Both the position numbers and the translations under genes were made by a program. DNA of 63,771 nt, the filler included, from Octopus bimaculoides (Eukaryota): assembly GCF_001194135.2 (NCBI RefSeq). It is 8 parts of 8 records of this genome, joined end to end, with 100 filler letters (N's around TTAATTAATTAA, not from the genome) between each part and the next. Parts side by side here need not be neighbours in the genome. Positions count along the whole stretch, not along the records: positions 24,645 to 38,079 come from NC_068987.1; positions 38,180 to 41,049 come from NC_068981.1; positions 41,150 to 49,145 come from NC_068986.1; 5 more parts are not named here. One strand, written 5' to 3'. The notes beneath the pieces were generated by a model. That model saw nothing but the letters and a program-made list of their open reading frames with translations, was not told where the DNA came from and did not search any database. Positions 34,201 to 45,217 of the stretch are shown piece after piece (the first letter of the stretch is position 1; every line of letters starts with the position of its first letter).

Positions 34201-35348
34201 TAAGTACAGTCTCTTTAGGAAAGTTATTTTGCAATGAATTCTTCTTTTTAAAAAAAAAGTGATTGGTGGAAGATTTGGCTGCTAATTCTAGCAGGTCGAG
34301 CGACCGAGTAGAAGCTTTATCGTTGACTAGACGTTGGTGAGTGAAGTAGAGATGGAGGTGGTAGTGGTTGTGGTTGAAGTAGAGGTGGTTGTGATTGAAG
34401 TGGTGATGGTGGTGGTATGGCGGCAGCGGTGGTGAAGGAGAGGGTAGTAGCGGGGTTATGTGATGGTTTTCTAAGAATCTTTTTGGGCCGGGCAAAGAGG
34501 TATAGGTATTGAGAAAGTTAAATGTTATCTACTACTACCACTACTACTATGACTACTACAACTACTAACTACTACTACTACTACTACTTCTACACCCACC
34601 ACCACCATTACTTCAGCTACCAAAATCGTTCTGCTACTGCACGCATGCACATAGACAAGCATAGATATATTCATATATTAATCTTTAATACTTTTTAAAA
34701 GAAATGTGAATAACTATGATAGTGATTAAATTTAACCAGGAATAAACTAATGGAAGATGGCAAGAAACTCTATCCTTGTTTGTTTAGCTTCTTACTAAAG
34801 GAATCTTTTAATAACATCTGTAGTTCTTTACGCCAATTCTAGGGTTTCTTTTATATATATATATATATNNNNNNNNNNNNNNNNNNNNNNNNNNNNNNNN
34901 NNNNNNNNNNNNNNNNNNNNNNNNNNNNNNNNNNNNNNNNNNNNNNNNNNNNNNNNNNNNNNNNNNNNNNNNNNNNNNNNNNNNNNNNNNNNNNNNNNNN
35001 NNNNNNNNNNNNNNNNNNNNNNNNNNNNNNNNNNNNNNNNNNNNNNNNNNNNNNNNNNNNNNNNNNNNNNNNNNNNNNNNNNNNNNNNNNNNNNNNNNNN
35101 NNNNNNNNNNNNNNNNNNNNNNNNNNNNNNNNNNNNNNNNNNNNNNNNNNNNNNNNNNNNNNNNNNNNNNNNNNNNNNNNNNNNNNNNNNNNNNNNNNNN
35201 NNNNNNNNNNNNNNNNNNNNNNNNNNNNNNNNNNNNNNNNTATATATATATATATATATATATAATATTCATGCACATTGCATGCATGTATTTATGTACA
35301 TATATATATGTTCGTAAATAGATATATATACATACACACATACGTACG

Positions 35349-35392
<44 letters not shown>

Positions 35393-36508
35393 CACACACA
35401 TACAGGCATACACTCATCCATCCGTACCTACACACACACAAAGAGGCACAAAATGCGCGAGCGCGTATCTCCTTGGTATTTTATCTTCGAGAATGATTTC
35501 TATTTCATTTTCATGCAGACATTAAATGGAATTTCTTATTGAGCAACATTTAATGGAATTTCTTGTTTCCTGCTGAAAGATTCGTTTTTCCAAATGAATT
35601 AGATCTGCGATGCGAAACACGTGTCAATCTATCTATTTCTCTATTTATCTACTTTATATATGTATGTAAACATAAATATTTGCATTCACACAAAAGATAT
35701 GTAAATAGGCCGGCACATCGAAACTTCGAGGTCACTGTCACCCTTATAAAAGTTTAATAAACCTGTATCCGATGAAAAGTATTGAGTAATCCTTCAGTTT
35801 AATGTAAAATTGCTTTTTTTATTATGTATATATATAACTTGACAAAAGCCTTAATAACACACACACACAAATATATACATACATAAACATACACATGAAT
35901 GTGTGCGTGTATATATAAAACTGTACGTAGACGCAGTTGAGAATAAAGCGAGGAAGAGAGAATAAACTAGTAAAATATAAAGTCAAAAAGAACAACAGTA
36001 GCTGAGACCAAAAGAGAGAGAATCAATAAAGGAAAGCACTTCACTGTAGGGAGTCTTAGACTGGAGCTGGAAGGTAGGGGACAGAATTACTGTGGAGTAT
36101 GATGAAGGGGTCGAGGGCAGCCAGCTCCAACAGTTAAAAGAGATTGTGATGGGTAAGAAAAAAGGCGAGAGAGAGGGGCAAGGTATAAGGGAGTGACGAT
36201 CTGAAGGGTTCTGCTCTCCGTGTTCTCTGAAATTGGGGTCAGGTTTAGTGAGGGAAAAGAGAGAGAGCCTCGCGTTGAAAACGAGACCCACAGTAGAAAT
36301 ATTAAGATTGTCTACTGCAACTGGGCTGCTTTCTAGCAGCAGCAGCGGTGGCTTCACTCATTCGATCGTATAAACAGTAGAACAGCGCTACCTTTGTATT
36401 TATTATTGTTGTTCTTACATCCAAGGCGAGTTCATTGGTGCTTTTATTCGATTTGTTACGTACGACTTAACGGACGATATTGTTTGTTGTTATGATTGAG
36501 ACACACTT

Positions 36509-36621
36509 ATGGCCAGCATAACTTCTAGTCACTCAATTGATTGTCCCACGATCTGCTCAAATTCTTTTGTACGGGGTGATTTTCGGATGTTGAGTGATTC
36601 TAACGGAAACATGTACGTCTG
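36509..36621 (+). CDS. Candidate first coding exon of an unidentified host gene
   Basis: ATGG start; open frame MASITSSHSIDCPTICSNSFVRGDFRMLSDSNGNMYV plus TG; consensus donor G|GTAAGT at 36621/36622 (phase 2). Upstream 36260-36500 is non-repetitive and CpG-retaining. No homology recognised. Confidence 0.35.
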
Positions 36622-37329
36622 GTAAGTAGTAACACGGAAACTTGTGTGCTTTTGTGTGGCTGGATTTTACATACCTTTGCATGTACGTGAGTGTGTGTGT
36701 ACGTATGTATGCGTGTGTATATAATATATACATACATACATATATATTATATATATTTGTGTATATCTTTATGTGTGTGTATATGTATATATATATATAT
36801 ATATATGTATATATAAATGCTTATATATATCCACATGTATTTCTCTGTTATATACACATATAAATGTATTTATATAGTTATAAATACACACACACACACA
36901 CACACACAGATATATACATACTCATAACATCTATATATGTATTTTTGTTTGTGTCTGGTTGATACGTATGGGAGGGGTTAACAGTGGCTGTTGTGATGTA
37001 CAAATATCTGGCTGCATATCTGTACATGTATCAAATACTTGTTATATATTCAAACTACCAATACCTGCACACAAGCATGTGTGTGTATGCACACAAAGGT
37101 GGAAATTATCGTGTGTGTGTGCATGTTTTAAATATGTGTGTCAATCTTTCTGTTTATATATTTCAAATAAACGTTTGTCACAGGGTTAACTAATTTCAAT
37201 ATAATTGCGCAGTGCTTTTAATGAGGTGATCCCTTAATTAAATGAAGTGATATGTACCTTCAAAGGGTCATGATAGTCTAGATGTATGTGGGTGTGTTTG
37301 TTTTTTATATATATGTGCGTGTGTGTGTG

Positions 37330-37386
<57 letters not shown>

Positions 37387-38015
37387 NNNNNNNNNNNNNN
37401 NNNNNNNNNNNNNNNNNNNNNNNNNNNNNNNNNNNNNNNNNNNNNNNNNNNNNNNNNNNNNNNNNNNNNNNNNNNNNNNNNNNNNNNNNNNNNNNNNNNN
37501 NNNNNNNNNNNNNNNNNNNNNNNNNNNNNNNNNNNNNNNNNNNNNNNNNNNNNNNNNNNNNNNNNNNNNNNNNNNNNNNNNNNNNNNNNNNNNNNNNNNN
37601 NNNNNNNNNNNNNNNNNNNNNNNNNNNNNNNNNNNNNNNNNNNNNNNNNNNNNNNNNNNNNNNNNNNNNNNNNNNNNNNNNNNNNNNNNNNNNNNNNNNN
37701 NNNNNNNNNNNNNNNNNNNNNNNNNNNNNNNNNNNNNNNTATATATATATATATATATCTGATTGAACGCCACGCATCCATTTTCAAGTATGTATATATG
37801 TATATATATATGTGTGTGTGTCTGTATATATATATTGTGGTGTGGGGCAATGTTTCGATATTAGTTTACGTATATGTATGAAAAAATATATATTTAGATT
37901 TTTGTGTATATAAATATATATACGTTTATGTATGTGTAATATATATATATAGACAACTCATATATTCTGACAAGAATTCTTTGCAAAATTATACATACGT
38001 ACGTACATACATACA

Positions 38016-38079
<64 letters not shown>

Positions 38080-38179
38080 NNNNNNNNNNNNNNNNNNNNN
38101 NNNNNNNNNNNNNNNNNNNNNNNTTAATTAATTAANNNNNNNNNNNNNNNNNNNNNNNNNNNNNNNNNNNNNNNNNNNN

Positions 38180-38215
<36 letters not shown>

Positions 38216-38973
38216 GTATGTATATAAACATAAACAAACTAACATTTGTTCTTTATAAGCGTTAAAATATATTATGTTGTTATATATATATACATGTATA
38301 TACTTGTGTGTGTGTGTGTGTATGCGTGCGTGTGTATGTGTTTGTGTGCGTGCGTATGTGTGTGTGTAGATATACAAATTTGTGCGTGTCTATATATACG
38401 TATATTATAGGATATAGCAAACACTAATAATGGATTTCTAACAATCTAATGGTGTAGCCTATAAAACACTGCTGCCACAATAACAAATACATCAACAAAT
38501 CAAAATTACACGAACCACACACAGATTGTACCACAGCGCCCACGTGTATGTGTGTCTGTGTGTGTCTGTCTGTCTTTATAATTCGTTTGATACAATATTT
38601 TCATAATATTCATGTTTTTTGTGTGAAATTTGTCCTTTTCAGAAAAAGACCATTGGCAATGCCTTTATCAATTATATATTCAAAATAATGCACCATATAA
38701 AATTAATGAACATATATATATATATATAATAATAATTTTGTCTATCAAAAATTTGGTCTATCAAAAATCTATAAATATACAATTCAAAAATTATAATACA
38801 CTGTATTATAATTTTTGTATTGTATATTTATAGATTTTTGATAGACAAAATTTGGGCAAAACACCAACCAGGGCATTCATAAACAAACAGAATAAATCAA
38901 TTGACATTCCAAAATTCAGATTTGACGTATCACTGTTCAAGTCTATGTTAATCGTGTGTACATGTGTATGCAT

Positions 38974-39027
<54 letters not shown>

Positions 39028-39109
39028 CGCGCGTACGTGTATTTATGTGTGCTTGTGTTTGTGCGTTTGTTCATGCGTATGTGTATGTGCGTATATGTNN
39101 NNNNNNNNA

Positions 39110-39558
39110 CACCATTACATCGCATATGAAAAATGACATCGCTTAAATAGCAGCAATCTTCGACTTCACACGCCCGTGCTTTTTCCAAAACTTGCACCAT
39201 AACACCCTCAAGAGTTTCAGACCCCACTTCTCTGATTTCTCTATTGATGTTCTCCTTCAGTTGCATCAGAGTCTCCGGTTTATTGACGTAAACCCTCTCT
39301 TTCAGGTATCTGCACAAGTTGGCAGAGCTTCCGGAAGGCGTCCAATTCCGATGGGTGAAGGTTCGAAATCCTTGGTTTTCTATCGAAAAAGTCTGGGCTA
39401 GTCAAGTCTGGAAAGCGTGACGGCCAGTTGACATTGCCGTAGCGAGAGATTATTCTTTCTCCAAAGCACTGCCGTAGCAACTGCATTGTTTCTCTTGCGG
39501 TATGAGCAGTTGCCCCATCTTGCTGGAACCATGTAAGATGCCTACTTTGAGAAGCCAA
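39110..39558 (-). pseudogene. Tc1/mariner-superfamily transposase C-terminal remnant
   Basis: WFQQDGATAHTARETMQLLRQCFGERIISRYGNVNWPSRFPDLTSPDFF / LCRYLKERVYVNKPETLMQLKENINREI...YLSDVIFH. Split by a 67-bp insert at 39318-39384. Confidence 0.9.
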
Positions 39559-39561
39559 ATA

Positions 39562-39857
39562 GAAAGAGACGCCAAATACGTCCAACCACTATAAATTTTC
39601 AGTTTAATATACACAAGCTGGAAGCAAGAAAAGTGGACCCATCAAAAGGTTCTGTGGGTATGTATAAATATTTCCATTTATTTTGCCCAAAATATTGTAC
39701 TGATGATGGAAGAGTTATTAAACTAATCCAGAAATTGATCGATCTAGAACTATCTGAATTATTTTATGAAATTTAGGTCGGTCTACTTTTCCCGCTTTCA
39801 TCGTGTGTATATTAAAGTGAAAATTTATAGTGGTTGGACGTATTTGGCGTCTCTTTC
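39562..39857. mobile_element. MITE with ~80-bp TIRs and TA TSD, abutting or inside the mariner remnant
   Basis: ta|gaaagagacgccaaatacgtccaaccactataaattttca ... tgaaaatttatagtggttggacgtatttggcgtctctttc|ta. TA at 39560-39561 and 39858-39859. Confidence 0.9.
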
Positions 39858-39997
39858 TAGCGTTTAGGTATGGTAGCTTCTGTGCCCTTCTAATTTTATT
39901 CTACACAATTATATATCTCTATATCCGAATTTTACCTAAAAGATTATTTTTATATGCTGGCCACGAATAGAATTCATTAATTTTAATGATTTTATCC

Positions 39998-40034
<37 letters not shown>

Positions 40035-40039
40035 GACGG

Positions 40040-40160
40040 ATTTCGTTCAGTTTCCGTCTACCAATTCCAAGTAGAAGACACTTGCCCAAGATGTCACGCA
40101 GTAGGACTGAACCCAGAATCATGTTGTTGGGAAGCAAGCTTTTTACCACACAGCCACGCC
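40040..40160 (-). mobile_element. Family C SINE head and core, internally deleted
   Basis: ttcagtttccgtctaccaattcc|aagtagaagacacttgcccaagatgtcacgcagtaggactgaaccc. Confidence 0.78.
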
Positions 40161-40731
40161 TGTATGCATGCATTCATTTATGTATGTATGTATGTATGTT
40201 TGTGTGTGTATGTCTGTCATTCAGTTTTATTTCAAGATTTCTTGCCAATAGAGAAAGAGTCCTTCATTGGTATTTCAACAACATCAACAGGGTATTTTTG
40301 TACATATGTATGTATGTATGTATGTATGTATATATGTATGTATGTAATTATTCACCATCTGTATGCACTAGCACAAACACAGCTTGAAACAGAGAAATAA
40401 TAGCGCGAATGTTTATACGAATGCGCTCATACACACATATCCGTATATGCGTACGCATTCGCACACATTTATTTTGTATAACATGTACTGATGTATTTGC
40501 GCTTATGTGTTGTCTGTTGTGATTTACTTCAATTCTCCCGAGTTTCTGGTTTCGAGGTATGTTTATCGTTTTTGTCACCATATATAAGAATATATGAATA
40601 TATTTAGTGATATATCAGTTGTATTCCGAGATTGGCCGAATAAAAATTCTCTCTCTCTCTCTCCCATCTCCTTCTCCCCTCTCACTCCCAATCTATCTCC
40701 TTCTGTCTCTCTCTTGCACTCTTTCTTTCCC

Positions 40732-40785
<54 letters not shown>

Positions 40786-41149
40786 CACACACACACATAC
40801 ACTAGAAGCTAACTGCTTACCCTATAGCTTTCCACAACATTTCCTAAATATTGGTTTACTTTTGGGTAAACCGAAAGGCCTTGAGATTTAAAGGAAAGGA
40901 GAAACAGTGAGAAAGAAAGAAAGAAAGAAAGAAGCAAACAAAATTATGAAGATATTTAATATAATTATTTGAAATCACTAGAATATGTCATATTCAAACT
41001 GTTTGCATGTCGTAAGGACAATATTAGCATTAAATGAAGGATAAATATANNNNNNNNNNNNNNNNNNNNNNNNNNNNNNNNNNNNNNNNNNNNTTAATTA
41101 ATTAANNNNNNNNNNNNNNNNNNNNNNNNNNNNNNNNNNNNNNNNNNNN

Positions 41150-41181
<32 letters not shown>

Positions 41182-41352
41182 GTATGTAACTATATATATA
41201 TGAAAGTATATATATATGCATGTGAGTATATACATATATATATATATGTATATATACATATATAAGTATATACATATCATATATATACAAACATAGATGG
41301 GTACATTGTATGTATATTTCGGCATATATATGTGTATGTACATATGCGTATG

Positions 41353-41401
<49 letters not shown>

Positions 41402-42189
41402 NNNNNNNNNNNNNNNNNNNNNNNNNNNNNNNNNNNNNNNNNNNNNNNNNNNNNNNNNNNNNNNNNNNNNNNNNNNNNNNNNNNNNNNNNNNNNNNNNNN
41501 NNNNNNNNNNNNNNNNNNNNNNNNNNNNNNNNNNNNNNNNNNNNNNNNNNNNNNNNNNNNNNNNNNNNNNNNNNNNNNNNNNNNNNNNNNNNNNNNNNNN
41601 NNNNNNNNNNNNNNNNNNNNNNNNNNNNNNNNNNNNNNNNNNNNNNNNNNNNNNNNNNNNNNNNNNNNNNNNNNNNNNNNNNNNNNNNNNNNNNNNNNNN
41701 NNNNNNNNNNNNNNNNNNNNNNNNNNNNNNNNNNNNNNNNNNNNNNNNNNNNNNNNNNNNNNNNNNNNNNNNNNNNNNNNNNNNNNNNNNNNNNNNNNNN
41801 NNNNNNNNNNNNNNNNNNNNNNNNNNNNNNNNNNNNNNNNNNNNNNNNNNNNNNNNNNNNNNNNNNNNNNNNNNNNNNNNNNNNNNNNNNNNNNNNNNNN
41901 NNNNNNNNNNNNNNNNNNNNNNNNNNNNNNNNNNNNNNNNNNNNNNNNNNNNNNNNNNNNNNNNNNNNNNNNNNNNNNNNNNNNNNNNNNNNNNNNNNNN
42001 NNNNNNNNNNNNNNNNNNNNNNNNNNNNNNNNNNNNNNNNNNNNNNNNNNNNNNNNNNNNNNNNNNNNNNNNNNNNNNNNNNNNNNNNNNNNNNNNNNNN
42101 NNNNNNNNNNNNNNNNNNNNNNNNNNNNNNNNNNNNNNNNNNNNNNNNNNNNNNNNNNNNNNCATGTATATATATACATATATATACAT

Positions 42190-42405
42190 GTGTGTGTGTG
42201 TTTGTGTGTGTGTATGTTTGTATATTATTGTGTTTGCGTCTGTATTTTTCCCTTCTCACCATTGCGTGACAACCGATGTTGATGTGTTTATGTCCCCATG
42301 ACTTAGCGGTTCGGCAAAAAAATCACCGATAGAATAAGTACCAGACTTACAAAAAATAAATCCAAGGATCGATTTCTTCGACTAAAAGGTGTTGCTCCAG
42401 CATAG
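42190..42405 (+). mobile_element. Family C SINE 3' half
   Basis: gacaaccgatgttgatgtgtttatgtcccc..acttagcggttcggcaaaa...ggtgttgctccagcat. Confidence 0.8.
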
Positions 42406-42407
42406 CA

Positions 42408-42930
42408 CCAGATACGATCGTGTCAGATAATGGCACACGATTCACGAGAAAGGAGTTCAAAAAATTCTGTCAGTCTTGATGTAGCATGTGGTAACTCCGC
42501 CATATCATCCAAGGTCAAATGAGTTAGCAGAAAGATTGGTCGACACATTCAAGATAGCCTTAAGAAAGACCAGACGGGAAACTTTTGAAGATAGAAATAT
42601 ATCAAAGTTCTTACAGGTGTACAGAATAACACCGAATCCAAATACAGAGTCGGTTAGGTCGACCGCAAATTTGATGTTCTCCAGAATGGCTCGTTCTGTT
42701 TGACAAATTGTTACCGAGTAGGAAACGGAAAATGCAAAATTCGGAAAGTAGAACGAAATGTTTTAACACAGGTGATGAAGTGTATTTTATAATGTATAAA
42801 AATGGAAAGTAGGACTGGGAACAAGGTAATATCACACTGGACGTTTGGGTAATGTGATGTACATGGTAAAAGGACCAAAATATGAACATAAAAGGCATTT
42901 TAACCAATTAAAGAAAAGATGTACCAAAAA
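42408..42930 (+). pseudogene. Ty3/Gypsy LTR-retrotransposon integrase remnant
   Basis: PDTIVSDNGTRFTRKEFKKFC / VTPPYHPRSNELAERLVDTFKIALRK...FLQVYRITPNP / GNVMYMVKGPKYEHKRHFNQLKKR: SDNG and YHP.SN..AER integrase motifs, with stops and frameshifts. Confidence 0.88.
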
Positions 42931-43545
42931 TCAAGAAAGGCGATTTCATTATACACTTTTTCATGCTTTTATTCTTTCATTCGGTTTATGTTTCTTGTCC
43001 CCACTGTGGTGTTGTGTCTGTCCTTGTACTGTCCCGCCTGTGCGAATGGCCATAGTGCCAAAATAAAGAAAAAGAGAGTCGGTGATCTGTGTAAGCCGAG
43101 AGTTGCATATTGTCTAGTGTAATTACAAGTATTGTATATTGAGTGGAACGATTTGCGAGGACGTTATTTATTATCCCGTTATATCGNNNNNNNNNNNNNN
43201 NNNNNNNNNNNNNNNNNNNNNNNNNNNNNNNNNNNNNNNNNNNNNNNNNNNNNNNNNNNNNNNNNNNNNNNNNNNNNNNNNNNNNNNNNNNNNNNNNNNN
43301 NNNNNNNNNNNNNNNNNNNNNNNNNNNNNNNNNNNNNNNNNNNNNNNNNNNNNNNNNNNNNNNNNNNNNNNNNNNNNNNNNNNNNNNNNNNNNNNNNNNN
43401 NNNNNNNNNNNNNNNNNNNNNNNNNNNNNNNNNNNNNNNNNNNNNNNNNNNNNNNNNNNNNNNNNNNNNNNNNNNNNNNNNNNNNNNNNNNNNNNNNNNN
43501 NNNNNNNNNNNNNNNNNNNNNNGTTGCTTACTTTTTACTCAGTCT

Positions 43546-43589
<44 letters not shown>

Positions 43590-43662
43590 CTTGTAAATTT
43601 ACATACATATATATAAACTCCGGCGCGCGCACGCACATATCAACAGACACACACACAAACAC

Positions 43663-43720
<58 letters not shown>

Positions 43721-44686
43721 CTCTCTCTCTCTCTCTCTCTCAATCGTGCGCACGCGCGCACACACTCAGCCATTTTAGATAGTCTGCTGCCTGTGGGATA
43801 CCTGTCAGAGTCCAAATTTTTTGATCTGAAAGAATCATTCGACGATTTTCATTTGTTTACCATATGCATGATTATATATTTGTTGATGGGGTATAAGTTT
43901 GAGTATATGTGTGTGCTTATGTGTATATGCGTATCCGTACATACGCGCGTTTGCATGTACTTCGCGGTTGTTTTGAGGGTGACAGACTTGCCGATAAGAA
44001 TATCTCTGTTATCTAAAAGAGATTTATTAAACTAATCTACTAAGACGTGTTTCAGATTATCTAACTTTATATATAGTTTCGTTTTCTTTTTTATTCTATT
44101 TGTTTGTTGTTATTGCTGGTTTTTCTGGATGGGGTCAGGGTTATTGTGTATTGTGTTTAAGAAATAATGTACTTTTAGTGAAAGAGCGTACGCTATCACA
44201 GGATTAATAACCTGCCAAGATCTCTAGAATTAATCTTACAACAATCTTGTGGCAGACCGATTCTATAACCTAGTTTTGATTCCAAACTCTTTCTATGCTG
44301 ATCTTGCTGCTGCTGATCTTGCTGCTGCTGATCTTGCTGCTGCTGCTGCTGCTACTACTACTGCTGCTGCTGCTGCTATTACTGCTGCTGCTGCTGCTGC
44401 TGTATGTAAGAAACAATTATTATTGCAATTTGTCTCAGTCCTCCATGTAGTAAGAAAGTACCGAAAGTTATAAAAGAGCCATTATGTAACTCGCTTGACC
44501 TATTAGAAATAGCTGTCAATTCTCCTTCAAATTATGTCTTACCATTTTAAAAGTGAAAGTATTCTTTTGAAAATGTAACTCAAGATATTCATTAATCTGA
44601 AGAAAAAAGATGGAATGGTTATGCATTGGACACATTTTGTCATAGGGTTGCTTAACCAGTTTATATGTGTGTTTGTGAGTACAGAA

Positions 44687-44731
<45 letters not shown>

Positions 44732-45164
44732 CGAGTGTATTTATATACATAAATGCTTATACGATAATAGCTAGAGGACTACGTTCGCGTGTGTGCGTGC
44801 CTATATATTTTGCTTGTACGGTTTGTATATATACAAGTATTTATGTCATGGCCGCTTGTATTTACGTGTGCATCACTCCTTCTTTCTCTCTCTTTCTCTC
44901 TCGTTCTCTCTCTCTCTCTTTCCCTCTCGTTCTCTCTCTCTCGCTTTCTATCTTTTTTATATGTGTGTGTGTGTTTGTGTATTTTTTCTCATTATATATG
45001 CGAGCATACACATATATGCGTGGTTTCGTATGGTGATATAGCATGTTCCTGCCTTTACCTCTCTTCTCTCCCCTTACTAATATTAGCTACATCTCTGTCC
45101 TCCTTCCCATTCTCTCACTCTCTCTCTCTCTTTCTCTGACGTACACGCACATGCATACACGCAA

Positions 45165-45217
<53 letters not shown>

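Noticed and set aside
35983-36357. 124-aa minus-strand ORF
   Set aside because: No recognisable domain. Its S/L/P/F bias is what the reverse complement of GA-rich promoter-like DNA produces.
41098-42301. Long ORFs of 200-410 aa here and at 15895, 21168, 26838, 34808, 37234, 43132, 49392 and 60367
   Set aside because: They consist of N-gap X runs and (AT)n/(GT)n translations.
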